Assembly (NCBI GenBank): GCA_040954595.2
Contig: CM082583.2
Location: 5,454,849-5,518,848, forward strand
From: Balanoglossus misakiensis
Lineage: Eukaryota; Animalia; Hemichordata
Direction: 5' to 3'
Length of the DNA: 64,000 nucleotides
Shown here: positions 50,301 through 63,068 of the stretch, piece by piece
How positions within the stretch are numbered: the first letter of the stretch is position 1
Layout: the number at the start of each line of letters is the position of its first letter
Notes under the pieces: model-generated
What the model was told of the DNA's origin: nothing
What the model saw: the letters and a program-made list of their open reading frames with translations, nothing else
Databases searched by the model: none
Translations under genes and position numbers: made by a program

Positions 50301-53300
50301 TGTCCTCCTCCTCCTCATCATCATCGTCGTCGTCGTCGTCGTCGTCATCATCATCATCATCATCATCATCATCTTCATCTTCATCTTCATCATCATCACC
50401 ACCACCACCATCACTATCATCATCATCATCATCATCACCACCACCCAAACACTGTCTGGTTTGTTTGTCTGTCGGAGGGCAGTTCCGGTGCAACTGCTGT
50501 ACATTGCTTTCATCAACACTCCCGTCATAATATTTTGTTGCCAGCTCTCCCATTCTCTCTCCAGCCATCCATGGTTCCCTTCAATAACTGGTGGGTGGCT
50601 GAACCCCCCGGAGTCTATTTAGTAAACTCACGTAGAACAAACCCAATTGCACGGCAGGGATAGATAAAAGCCTTGCTGCAGTAATCAGGGGAATTCACTG
50701 CTTAACCTTGAGTATAGTTGTTTTACTAGTCGACAGCATACTCGCCACAGTGTTTACTAAGTTACATGTAAATCATCCTCAACCTGGACTTCTTTCAGCC
50801 ATTCTCAAACACATAGTAGAAAGTATTGGGAAAATGAACTATCAATGTCATTCAAAAGTAAAGTCAAAACCTTCAAAGGTCATATTCTTCATTTAGTTTT
50901 TCCTTTTTAAAATGACACACAGTTTCTGCCCGTACGTGGAGGACATTTTGTCCAAAATGATCAACAGTGACGTCTTTCTGAGGTAAAATTATGACGTATT
51001 GAGTAGTTCAAGGCGCTTGGTATTATTACTTTCGATGATAATGGCGATGTGTGGGAAGATGATGAGAGAGCTGTGGCCATCTCCCCCTTTCTGATGATAA
51101 GCCAATCGCTCTCGGCTCTTCAGAGAGAGAGGAATGACCATTACAGGGAAATGTCAAAGTGGCATGTGGCTGTAATCAAGCACACAGTCGGAGCTGGTTG
51201 ATTAGCGGAAGCGTATCATTAGCCTGCTTGCCGGCACTTGACATCCAACAGCTGCCAGTGTTCAGATTTCATTCCGCAAATCAGATTTCCTATCTGTGAA
51301 TTCCAGACTTAGGCCTCGTTTTGCGGTGAACTAAAAAAGAAATGAATTGGTCTATTTATCGGGTTGACTCGACTTCTTGTGTGTTTGTGTTTGACGGTCT
51401 TGATGATTGTGATTTTAAAGGCGGGGATCAAGTTTGTGTTGAGATATTAATTTGTGTGAGACTAATTCTCTCAAAGGACGCTGTTTGTCAGACTTTAAGT
51501 AGCCTAGCCGTTGTGTGGTTGTTTTTTTTGTTGTTGTTTTTTTTGGGGGGGGGGGGGTGGGGGCGGGCTTTTGCTCACTCAGCGAAAAAAAAACATGAAA
51601 GCTAGGTTGTAGACTAGACTTACAGTTACAGACTGGGCAAAGACTGAAGATCCTAGTAGGTCGTGGCGATTGCAGTGAGGCTTGCCATGGTATGGGAGAA
51701 CATATTCTCTTAAAAAGGGGACACCCAATCGGTGCAACGACCCCTTCTCTTTAACGTGTCCGCCACCTGTTGATGAAGAATTTTCAAATGGGAGTGACAT
51801 GGCAGGGAAACCAAACGGTTTCTGGTACATCCACACAATCACTGAGCATGCATATCATGTCCAAATGTTTTTGATGGCCTGGCCATATTTTAGGGGTGTC
51901 TGACCCAATATATCATTTTCTTAATGCTTAAATTTACTTATGCATGTTTGAAACAAGAGTAGAACAATCAGACACACCTGTCTTAGTTTACAAGCGACAT
52001 GACAAAACTGGTTTAGAGCTATTAAAAAAGGATGGGGGATAATATGGAAAGACCTGGGGCATTAAGGTTTATCCAAGCTTGCACCATCAAAGCCAACTAA
52101 ACTATTCAAGCATTTTACATCCTAAAAATGCTGATCAGGTTCCTCAAGCTGCACCATCTGCCAGATTGATGGTTTTATGTTCCCTCCTGTTTTACGAATG
52201 AGATATATACAACAAGGCCTGGATCTTTGCACTTAATGAATCAGAATGGACGAGCTTAGCAATCTGTCATAAATTGGACAATCTTGGCTGTGTTGATGCT
52301 AGCGTATGAAGCAGTAAAGTGATCCCCATCGTTTGCCTGTGGCTGCAATATTTACGACACTGTCCAGATCTTTTAAATCATCTGCATCGAGGTAATGGAA
52401 GTCTGTGATATATGGCCGTTGTGGAATATATATGGGTCAAGTCAACCGGGCCGTGCCCTAGATCCACTGAGTGCCTCGTGAAATTTGATAAAAAAAGGGG
52501 CAATGCCAAACCACAAGTCAATGTCCGTCTTTCATTTTATGTGTGGTGTGGTATGGCGCACTTGTCACATGTTTGATTGGTCATCCTAAATGCTCCCATC
52601 ATGCCCCGTGATTTCCTGGATTGGCTGATCATTGCTACAAATTGGTCAGTGTCTCAATTTTCAGCGTTACCGGGTTTCTTTGATAATAATTGTACTAGTA
52701 CATTGTAGCTACACCAAGTAATCAGGCATTAATTGTGTTTCACATGGAAAAAGCATCTTTTACTTCTATTTGATTCTTTTGAATTTATCTCTCATTCTAT
52801 ACACTTTGTCAGAATCTCTACAACATATCTGTTTTTCTGACAGAACCAAGAAAATACAGGATAGATTCTATATTATTGTAAAGTATACTAGAAAAGTAGC
52901 CTGGCATTGACTCAGCTTTCCTAAGTTCTGCATATTAACAGAAGCTGAAAAAAAAGACCAGAGTAGAAAAAAAATGACATTCCTGTTTCACGGAAAACAT
53001 ACATTCTGGGAAATGCGGAATTATGCATTGAAGCATGGAAAATGTTTTACGAGCCTTGGCATGCAGTTATTTGGGAGATCTCGGTCACTGTTTGACAGTT
53101 GAGCCGAGGAAAAATTGTGACCGTTGTATGAGAAGTGTCAGAAACCGATGTTTGCAATCATGAAGAAATACAGCCCCTGTCAGAGTGTATAATAAATGTG
53201 TTTCGGTTTGAACTGGGCTAATTTCGCTTCTCCTATGAGACTGGTAACGAGATCCTCTGTCAACACGCGGAATGGATTTGTCCCTCGGGGTTATGTGCGC

Positions 53301-56300
53301 TCGCAAGGGGAGGAGTTTCCCAAGTTTGAACTGCCCCAGGTTATCTGCGTTGTGGCCAGGTAATCATGATCATTGATGACGAAAGGGTTACAAGTTGAGG
53401 GAAGTTGAGGTTTCAGGTGGAAACACATCCACATTTCATATTCCGACTCGTTTATGCGCGCAAACATGTTCAAAGGACGGTAATTGTGGAAAGATTAAGT
53501 GAGGAATAATTCCATTGTAATTAAGGGGTATCTGTGATAGATTGGGCGATTCCCCAATGGTGTATTATGTGATGGGAATGGAAATCCGTGTTTATCCAGA
53601 GCGATTTTCAATATCGCTGTGTTGCCTCCCACATGTCGGCCTTGATGATGGTATTTAAGTGATTTCAGTGATGCTTGTTGTAACGTGGTTGGTTAATGTT
53701 TGCGTAAACAACCTTTGCGTGTGGGCTTTAAAAAAACAGAAATGTGCCAGGAAAACAGTAAAGTGTTGTTATTTTTTAAGCAAAATTTAGATAATACGCT
53801 GTATGGTTGTAATAAGGGACCACCTTAAAAAAATTGCTATTAAAACCCTGAAATATTCAAATATGGTCATCACTGTGCTGGTTTATGAAAACTTGAAACT
53901 TCATTGAATGTGTTTATGTCAATAGAAAAATCGTTTGGTTAAAAATGCTGACTCAGCAGGATTTTTCATTATCATCTAAATGCACGGTCTTACATTTCAT
54001 ACATCAGCTCAGCAACCCCTATATTTTCTTACAGATTTTGATAGTTACACTTAATTAATGCAAAGTCGAGAATCCAAAAATCCACAATTAAGTTAAAAGA
54101 GACAAAAATACTTAACTCTAAAATCTAACATACATGAATATCGCTAAGATTCAACAGTAATTTTCTGCCCTGCAGGTTTCCTCAGCTCCCCAGATGAAAT
54201 CTTGCCACTTGCATTCATCATGCACACGCTACATTTAGGGGAATCAGATTTTCAATCTGGGCTGCAAGCCATATACTAGATTATTCCAAAATCCTGGAAC
54301 AGGAAATTGGTGTTTCAGTGTGCCCCAGGGTGCGTGTTGGAGCTTTGCTTTTGTATTTTTATATCGGGAGTGAGTGCGAACATAAATCTTGACAGTTTCA
54401 TATTAGATCCGCACTCTGCTCTTCTTGAGACTGAAAGGAGAAAATTCCATGGTAACGGTCTCTCAACTTCTGACAGATTTCGGAAAGAAATTGTCTAAAA
54501 GTTGTTCACACTACAATATTGGCATAGCAGTATAAATCAATGTGATATTTTGGTTTCTGCAGTGGAAGGAAATACAAATTGTACAAATATAATTTGTGGT
54601 TGTTACGGTGCGAAGACTTTTTACCGTGTATGTGCTTGTGTGTGCATTTGTATGTTTGCATTTATGCGTACTTAAGTGCCTCATGGGTCCATCTGACTGA
54701 CTGACTGACTGTGTCCATGTGACCTTGCTTGCTCAATCCACGTCAGTGATCTTGCCAGAATTTTCATCTCAGTTATGTCATTGGTGATAGATGACAAAGC
54801 ACTGATATTTTTTTTTCATTTGATAGTACATGTACCTGTATGAGATTCTGATGAAAACAGCTTCATTAACCAACTATTTATTACAGCAACATCACAGATA
54901 ACCTGCCACATTGAATGTATTGTTTTGTCCTTCTTTAACTTTTGTGTTTCAGTATGCGGTGTGAAGCTTTTCTCTACCATCTAGTTGGATTTTCAGACTA
55001 GAAATTAAAGGCAGCCCATGGAGATATATGTGACAGAATCTCCCTGAGTGACAACATTCACATTTGGGGTATTTCTGTCACACCAAACGAATGGACATGC
55101 AGAAGATTGCCATTTTTTTACCCACAGTGCAATTATTCCAAAGTGATTTGACCCCTTAGCACAGCAATGAAAACTGGGTACTAGCCTCATTTTCCGCCAC
55201 CACCAACTTTATTTTCTTTTGTATACAGTATGTGGGATGTCTTGAAGTGAAGCAGTCAATGAGGACGTTAGAATTTGATGTGCGCGGCCAAGTTACAAAG
55301 TACGTACTTTGTGTAAGACACCGTCACGATGTGCCCATTGCATACCCAGCCACAGCTTTCACACTGCACCGCTTTGCCTGGGCATTTGGTGTGCATCCGT
55401 TACGGCCATCTTGGCCCTCTTCACCTGTCGCATCTTTTTTTTCCACCCATGGCCTATACACACCTCTCTTTCTCTCTCTCTCTCTTTTTTCTCCCACTGT
55501 TGCCTAGTACGTAGGTTGTGTGCTGGTAAGACAGTCAGTGAAATGCTTGGATTTTGACACTAAAGGCAAAGTGACACAGTATGTATCGTCTGAAATTACA
55601 TGCACGCTTGCTTTCTCGTAACCCACTGGCTCCACATTGCTTGCTGTCATTTGCATTTGACGATAAAGATGCACTTCTTAGCACATTTTTCGTTGATCCA
55701 TTATACACTCTGTAAATATGATTTGCTTATTATGTTTTCAATACTTCAATTTAAAGGTATATTAGGGAGTAGAACAGGAAACTGTAGTAGGTACAGAAAA
55801 CTGAAAATCCGTCAAAAGTAGCAATAGCTCAGGCTCTTCCCTTTAAAACATTTGAACCTTGACCCCTGGTGACCTTTGACACCGTGAAATTGTTGGTCAC
55901 AGAAAGTAAACAGATGACAGCTTTGTCCCTTTAAAGTTGTATTAGGGTCTAAGCAAAAAGTTCTGTCTTCCTAATATGTGTTCCTTTTAAAACTTATTGA
56001 ATGCCAGACAAAAAGACTGAAAAATCCAAGCAGAATATTGACACACTAATCCACCGAAAGCCCCAGTGAAACGGAGGCTTTGAAAGTCCTAATCTGTTCC
56101 CTGTAATATCCTGGATCTCAAACAAGCTTGCCACATTAACTTTCCTTCCTGAAGGTATTTACATGTATCTTTAATGAGGAAAATGGGTTTTCTCCAGAAA
56201 AGCCGCCATTTGAGGAAATCTTCCCAGAAACGAGCAAAAAAAAAAACCAGCATGTTAAGTCGTTAACAATGGACTTCCTGTTATTTTCAGTCCTGGGCAA

Positions 56301-59300
56301 AATATTAGAGACAGATTATTAGCTCGTTTTGGGGGTAAATATGCTCCCACTAAGAATGTTTACTGCTTCTGGTGAATTTGAATAATGAAACCGTGTCCAA
56401 CAGTCACGGTGACACTGATTATTAAATAATAATAATTTCACACTCTGCCCCACTGAAAATGCTGGATGTAACAGATACATGGCCATTTGAAATTCAGTGA
56501 TCATGCTGGAAATGATCGATATTAGAATGAGCGTCCTAATTCAAAATGAAAATTCTGTTTTAAAATAATTAAAAACCTGGGAAATTTCAGTGGAAGGTCT
56601 AAACAAGGTAACTGCCACAATGTACTAGTTAAAGCTTCATACGTTGTGTTCAGCATTTTTTTTTAATGCAACAATTGTGTTTTTGACGTAGCATTCAGGA
56701 TTAGCAGTGTATAATGTAGACAACACTGGCCTCAATCCATTGATTGAATAAAACTCCGGAAATATGAAATCTTGGCTAATCTGTGGATATTGCCCTCAAA
56801 TGAAAATGGCCCTGAAATGTAGAGTTCCCCCCCCCCCTCCAAGAAAAAAATAGAGCAGGTCAGAAAGATATGAGTGTAAACAACTAATTCTAAATTTATA
56901 TCTCGCATTGTAATCCAACATGTGTTAGACTAGCCATGGTAATGTAATTTTGAGACTTTTAATTTGTGTTTAGTTCTGTTAAATTTTACTTAAATTTTGC
57001 AATTTGTTTCTTTCATTATGTGTAAAATGTAGAGCAATGCACGAAGCTTTTTTACTTTTTTTAAACTTAAAATGTTTCTTCTGATTTTTTGTGAAATTGG
57101 AAATCTAAGGAGAGGAGCTAGTATGCTACTCAGTATTTTCTGACTAGGGTCAGTCAATTACCTTTTGCTTCAGAGAGATGAAATTATAGGCACTATGTGA
57201 ATACAACCGTAATTCATTGAAAATATACATTTTCTTGTTACAGAGAGGCAATTCACAGAGTTTGTGAGGCATCGGGCTTCAAAAACATCAACAAAAAGAG
57301 GAAGGTAAGTGAAGAATAGAAAAGTGTAGTGTATGTGCCAAACTACAACAGTTTGCCAGATGTTATGTAGAATAAACGGCAGTAGGTAGAGTGGGAGAAG
57401 TGATTAGCGAAGTCAAAAGTCAAACCCACCCTTGACCTTATTATTAATTGAATATTTGCAGCTGTATCAATAATTAATGGCGGGTGTTTGAGAAAAGAGT
57501 GAACACACCATACTTCTATGCATGACACCTCCCATGATTTCATCTGCATGTATGTGGTGTTATATTTGGGGATGGTCACACACTAAGTATCACCACCATA
57601 CTGGTGGTGTTTGACATCATTTGTCTTGACAGATAATACCATACCAGCGTTCTCCATGGGCCTGTTTCAAATTGCAGGTCATCCCAATAAAATTTTAATC
57701 CACTCGTAAAAAAATATCTCACCGGCCCCTTCCCTGCCAACCTTGCAACATTTGTGTCTGTCAAGTTGACTTTGATTTCAGGTGCAACTGTCATCTTGTG
57801 TACACATTCATCAGTCCCTTGTTTCTGCCATGTAAAAGCATTTTGCAAGTGCATACAAGTCGTTTACACAGTTACATTGGGGAAAGTGCCTGTACGTTTA
57901 TGCTGAATGTTGCATCTGTTATCAATCTTCACAGGTAAACAAATCAGTGAGTAAGATTCTGGGCGCTGCTCCGAACATCCAGTTCGGCGGAGCTAACGTC
58001 AACCTCACAGTGTCCACAAACAGCATTAATCTGATGATCATGGAAACTGGGCAGGTAAGGCTATAAAGAGAGTTTGAATGCCATGGCTTCAGCCTGCTGT
58101 TTCCATTTTAGTTACATTGTAAATTGTTCTCATTCTTATGACATAAGAAGGTCAGTGAGACTGTGTACATGCAGTGCAATACAAGACTAGACAACACAAC
58201 ACAACACTGTAATACATTACAGCACAGAACAGTACAGTACAGTACAAGTACATTACATTACAGTACAGTATAATATAATGCAGTACGTATTTTAAGTTGC
58301 TTTGGGTTTTGGTCACAGGTGACCCCCCCCCCCCCCCCTCCCCTCACTCATCCAGTCATTGCAATTTGATTGGTCAGTTTGTACAACAGTATCGTTCCCC
58401 TGTGTGTTTATTACTAAATGCCGCCCTTGCCAGTTGCTGTCAACTCGTGTAAAACGAGTACGCAGTGTTTAATCCCCTGGGGCAAGCTTTTCTACATAAC
58501 ACCACATCCTTCCTGTTCACGTCAAAAGAAAAAGCCACCACATCTCCTCAACCTTCATGCGGCTCAGAAAATCCATACAGTTCTTCAGACATCCGTAGAT
58601 CAGGTCTAAAAATTTCCCTTGAAGGCAAAAATAAAAAGATTATTTCCGGCCCTGTCTGCATTCATTCTCTGATAACATCCGGTAGACTGTAAATATTTAT
58701 CCTTCAGCTGTGCTGCCGATCAAAATAGCGCTGTTTGAAGTCTTCGTTACAACTCAAAGATAAATACCAAAATGACGATAACAATATTACCTGAATGATT
58801 TATCAATTTTGATGTAGACCAGTCGCCATTTCAGACTGGAGAACGGTTTAAATTGTTTATGAAGACACGGCATCGTCATTGATGTTTCGACTTTTGAATA
58901 GCTTCCTTGTGTATCTACATATACATGTATGATATTATATGACCTGAATGTGTCTTCACAAAATTTATATTCGTGATGAGGTGCTTGGGGAGTTATGCAG
59001 TCATTCATTTGTCAATGAAAACTAAATATTTGTGTTTTGAAAAATGCATTTTATTTATGAAGATAAATACATGATTGTGTAGTTACATTCACATTGCCAG
59101 AGTTAGGGAGCCTCTTTGTGTTTTGATCCAGAAAACTGTGTTCGTCCTCAAATTTTTTTGTTTTCATTTTTTTTCAAAGTCTGTGTGTAACAAAAACTTC
59201 CACATTCTATCAATTTGCCCTTTTGTTTTTGACAGATAATAGCAAATCACCAAATGCAAGGCATTTCGTTTGCGTCAGGAGGAGACCCGGTAAGTTTGTC

Positions 59301-62300
59301 AAAATTCTACCAACCAACCAGAAAGTATGAGGATTACATTTTGATTTTCATTGTATTTTGCATTTTCCCACGGCGACGGCCATATTCTTTTTCCGGCAAA
59401 GCTTTATTATTTATCTGGTTAAAACTTGCATATCAACTCATAATACTTGTATATACTTCAGTGCATACATCTGATCTATTTAGGCTAATATTAGTAGAGT
59501 TTGAAAATAAATTTCATGGTAATTTCTCAAAAGTTCAGCCCATGCATGGGGCTTTCAATTTCAAGTACTCAGCTTGTTAAAAAGTTACTGTCTTTATAAA
59601 TATTGTTCGTTAAGATGATCGTTATTGTTGGTACGGTCGTGATTTGTGAACACAGAAGTCAGGTGAGAGTTGATTTTCTGTGGAGGACAATTATTATCAC
59701 TTCCGACCTGGGTAGTAATGATATACACAGGAAAGACAGATGGATAATTAGGGAATGATGATTTCCGATGGGGGGGGGAGCGAGGCAGGAAGCAAAATGC
59801 TAATTGGAGAGAAAAGAAGACGCAGTAATGAGTATGTAAAATAAGACTGTGTGGATTGACCCTTGGCGCTGAATACATATGTTGGACAAATCAGAGATTT
59901 TCTATGTAGTAGAAACAAATGATCATATCTGCTTACTGTCATTTGCCTTCAATACAGCGCAGTCACCAAACTAGTCCGTCCTGTCCCTGGTGAATTTGTT
60001 AGTAAATTTACAAACTAGATTGAAAAAAAATCAACATTATACCTGAAAACAAAGAGAGAATAAGACTGAATATGAATATTAACTGTTTACTGACTGTGTT
60101 ATTGCTCACACATATTTGTGACACCTACATGGGTTTGTCAAAAGCGCATGTTGATCAAAATATGTGACCGTCAAAATGAGACCACAACCTACTCACTATA
60201 ATGGCATCATATCGAAAAACAGAACGAAACAGCTATTAGGGATGTAAATGTACAGTGTCGCATGCATGCATTGAAGTGACATATTTCTCTCTGTGCACAA
60301 TGTAGGATTGCATTGACTTTGTCGCCTACGTCGCCAAGGACCCGGTCAACGGCAGGGCTTGCCACGTCATAGAGTGTGCGGGTGGACTGGCCCAAGATGT
60401 CATAACTACAGTGGGTCAGGCGTTTGAGCTGAGGTTCAAGGAGTATCTCAGAAACCCACCGAAAGCGGTGCAGACTCAAGACAGGTGAGATTGTCCATGA
60501 AAGTAGTCAGTATACGGTATAACCACGTCCAACATCTGCTGTGTGCATCTGCCAAAAGAGAGCTACTCAACTGATAATTGCATAGAAACTGTAAGATTCT
60601 GTTATTTCGCTGTGCGATTCGTTTGCATCAATTCTTTCCTAATGTAGTAACCCTGGCATAAAACTGCACTTATTACTGCCTGGTAGTTCTTTTTATGGAA
60701 GATTTTCAGTGGTGTATGTCCCACAGTTGAACGCCTCCTGTAAAGAAGGTGCAGCAACTTGTCTTAACAGAGCGAAATAGGTCGCTGTTCCTACACAGTT
60801 CATCCAGAAGTCAGGTCCGTGCCTTGGACTCTGGTGGCAGGTGTCCGACTTCAGTAAATCTCGGCCAATATGTGGCACCAACTTGAAGCATTCACTGGGG
60901 ATTATTTTACTAATGCCGACAACGTCATAGGGGAAAGCGCATGTGTTCAGCTGTGAATGAATGCCATGTGCAACTGTGGCCATCAATCATTCTCGTGTAC
61001 AGGTGTTCCGAAAGACGAGTTTGCGGATCTCTGTGGATCAACCAGGAGAAGGAATTAAAAAAACAATCATGCTGGGTATTCCACAAAATACTTGTCTTGC
61101 CTCGCTAAGTTTGAGTAAATTCTGCCACGGATAGTGTCTTTCCGAGGCTTTGGTGCCAATTCAGAACAAAACCAGATGTCTCTTGAAATATTAATTCACA
61201 TTACGTTTTAATCGTGCGCCAACATTTTCACAGCGTACGATCATGAAATATTGAGGAAGGGTCGTATTCTGAGGCTGGGTATTGCATGATCCATTATCCG
61301 ACTTTTTAAAAGAGTGAACGACCTACTAATATATGATGACTGGCGTTTGAACAGGATTTTGCGGTACAAATGTTTGGTTTCTGGAGAGAAAAAAATATTA
61401 ATTTTACATTCATTCTGTTTATGCCTGTGATATATAATGTGAAGCTTTAGTATTTAAAATAATACTACAGTCTGAAATGCAGTGGTTAATGGTTGTTTAA
61501 GTCTGAAAATGTCAGCAACAACTTAATTTCAGATTATTTTGAGTGAGTGAGAGAGAAAAACAGAATATTCTCCGTGTTTTGCCGCGGGCTATGTTAAATT
61601 AGTTGGGCTTGACAAGCAACAATGCGAGGCAAATTGTTGCCATGATATTTTGCGTGGGTTGAATGGTGGAACTCATCTCAGCATTGGGGATTTAAATTAC
61701 ACCGCAGGCAAACAAGAGGTTTTCGTAAAGGACGGTCGTCGTCCTTGACTGTGCCAGTGGGAAGGCTAACATCTCTCTGTGCCAGTTTTCGGTGTTTTTT
61801 GCTAATACTCATTCTGTTGTTCTCCAGAACGAGATTTTTGTAAGCATGTTTACCTTTAACACTTACCTATTCCGCCCCCACCCCCCAAGTGACCTATGAT
61901 GTCATTTGGAAGTTGTTTTTTACCCAAGCCAGGTTCAATGGGTAAAAAATCTGAATATCACTTTTAACACAACAATTCTCAAAATGCCTTTTGTCAGTAG
62001 CTGTCGGTGTGTTGACAATTTTCCCTCCTTTTTTTTCGCCATTCAGGTTTGAGGTTCCGATTTTTGAGGAAGGGGATTGGGGAGATGAACCGGAGTACTA
62101 CAACGACCTGGGCAAATTACCGCCCATTCCGAAACAAGCCCAGCCAGTACCCCCTCTACCTAGTGCTCATTATCAGACACCCAGCAATGTTCCTGTAAGT
62201 ACACAAAGCCATGCAAGAAGTTTGACAAGCCTTTATCTATTAAAAATTCTGCAATTTTTTTTTGCAGGATACCAGATACGGATAAATGTACAGACGATAG

Positions 62301-63068
62301 TAATCTTGCGAACCAAACATATAAATAGACATGATAAATTAATTAATTAATTCATTTCTAATTATTTATTAATTATTATTTAATGAAAAGAAGCAGAAAA
62401 TTAAGTCGGTAAAAAATCGCGATCCCATTGTTATTCCGCTTGGTTTTTTTTCCCCTCTCCGACCTGAGGAATACGAGAGAGTGGCACCCTCTCAGTCCTT
62501 ATTCTGCGGTTCTTTTGTTCCCCCCCCCCCCAGGCTACAAGTAGCAACGGTGCCTATGCCTCGCTGAAAGACAAACCAAGGCACAGACAACAGGGCGAGG
62601 TCATTTACGACAACAAATCGAGTCATGAACCAAACCTGATAGATTTTGAAAACGAAGCTGCGGTGCCTGGTGGAGGTAAGAATTCGTCAACACTCAGGTT
62701 TTTTTTCCCTAATCATGTGATTTGGGTGTGAGGTCATAAGGTCAAGGTACGCATCGGATTTTCCATTAGCTGGTTGCAACTTCTGGCGATTTGTTTCGGT
62801 GGATTTGATGAAAACAACCAGTATTTTGCCTCTCATCGTGGTCAACCGTGTTGCACAGTCAGCATTGTGATCATTGAAAGTTGAACTAGAGACTGCACTC
62901 AAGAACACTGATTAAAATTGCCCGAAGTTGTAGGTACTAATGACTGGATTACCGATCGTAGGTGAAGCTTCGCCGTATATGAAACTTGAGGGCAGCATTC
63001 CCCAAACAGTCTATCAGGGTCTTGGAAATCGAATGCATGTGTATGAAGCAGTCACGGACAGTCAGGAC
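46821..63068 (+). CDS. SHC1: SHC-transforming adaptor protein (PTB plus CH1; 3' partial, SH2 beyond window)
   Basis: [88 protein letters not shown] and YYND motifs match the Shc family; exon phases consistent. Probably co-orthologous to SHC1-4. Confidence 0.93.
48049..48220 (+). repeat. (TCTA)n/(TCTG)n/(TACA)n compound microsatellite
   Basis: Visible tandem run. Confidence 0.92.
50232..50445 (+). repeat. (CAT/CGT/CCT/CAC)n compound trinucleotide microsatellite
   Basis: Visible tandem run; explains the poly-H/S/D/M ORFs here. Confidence 0.93.
55229..55299 (+). CDS. SHC1: SHC PTB exon
   Basis: [23 protein letters not shown]. Confidence 0.94.
57244..57304 (+). CDS. SHC1: SHC PTB exon
   Basis: [20 protein letters not shown]. 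Confidence 0.92.
57935..58054 (+). CDS. SHC1: SHC PTB exon
   Basis: [40 protein letters not shown]. Confidence 0.93.
58190..58286 (+). repeat. Degenerate pentanucleotide repeat (CAGTA/CATTA/CAACA)n
   Basis: Visible 5-bp periodicity. Confidence 0.75.
59236..59289 (+). CDS. SHC1: SHC PTB exon
   Basis: [18 protein letters not shown]. Confidence 0.95.
60306..60484 (+). CDS. SHC1: SHC PTB C-terminal exon
   Basis: [59 protein letters not shown]. Confidence 0.95.
60781..61050 (+). pseudogene. Possible decayed hAT-type transposase C-terminal (dimerisation) fragment
   Basis: Frame from 60781: LWWQ...[24 protein letters not shown]...LRISVDQP resembles hAT FW...PNL..L.I.L.LP.S...ERxFS...ISINGP; similarity judged by eye only. 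Confidence 0.3.
62047..62194 (+). CDS. SHC1: SHC CH1 exon with YYND Grb2-binding motif
   Basis: [29 protein letters not shown]...; equivalent of Y239/Y240. Confidence 0.9.
62534..62675 (+). CDS. SHC1: SHC CH1 exon
   Basis: Polypyrimidine cag|; [47 protein letters not shown]; donor g|gtaaga. Confidence 0.8.
62962..63068 (+). CDS. SHC1: Probable SHC CH1 exon with three tyrosine motifs
   Basis: Phase-1 compatible acceptor cgtag| with upstream TACTAAT branch-like site; [35 protein letters not shown]; donor gac|gtaagt; weak polypyrimidine tract. Confidence 0.55.

Noticed and set aside
49908-50663. Poly-His, poly-Ser, poly-Asp and poly-Met ORFs in several frames
   Set aside because: Produced by a trinucleotide microsatellite; no convincing splice context
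55751-55846. TTAA-AGG...CCT-TTAA Kolobok-like element
   Set aside because: Terminal inverted match is only about 3 bp beyond TTAA, too weak to call
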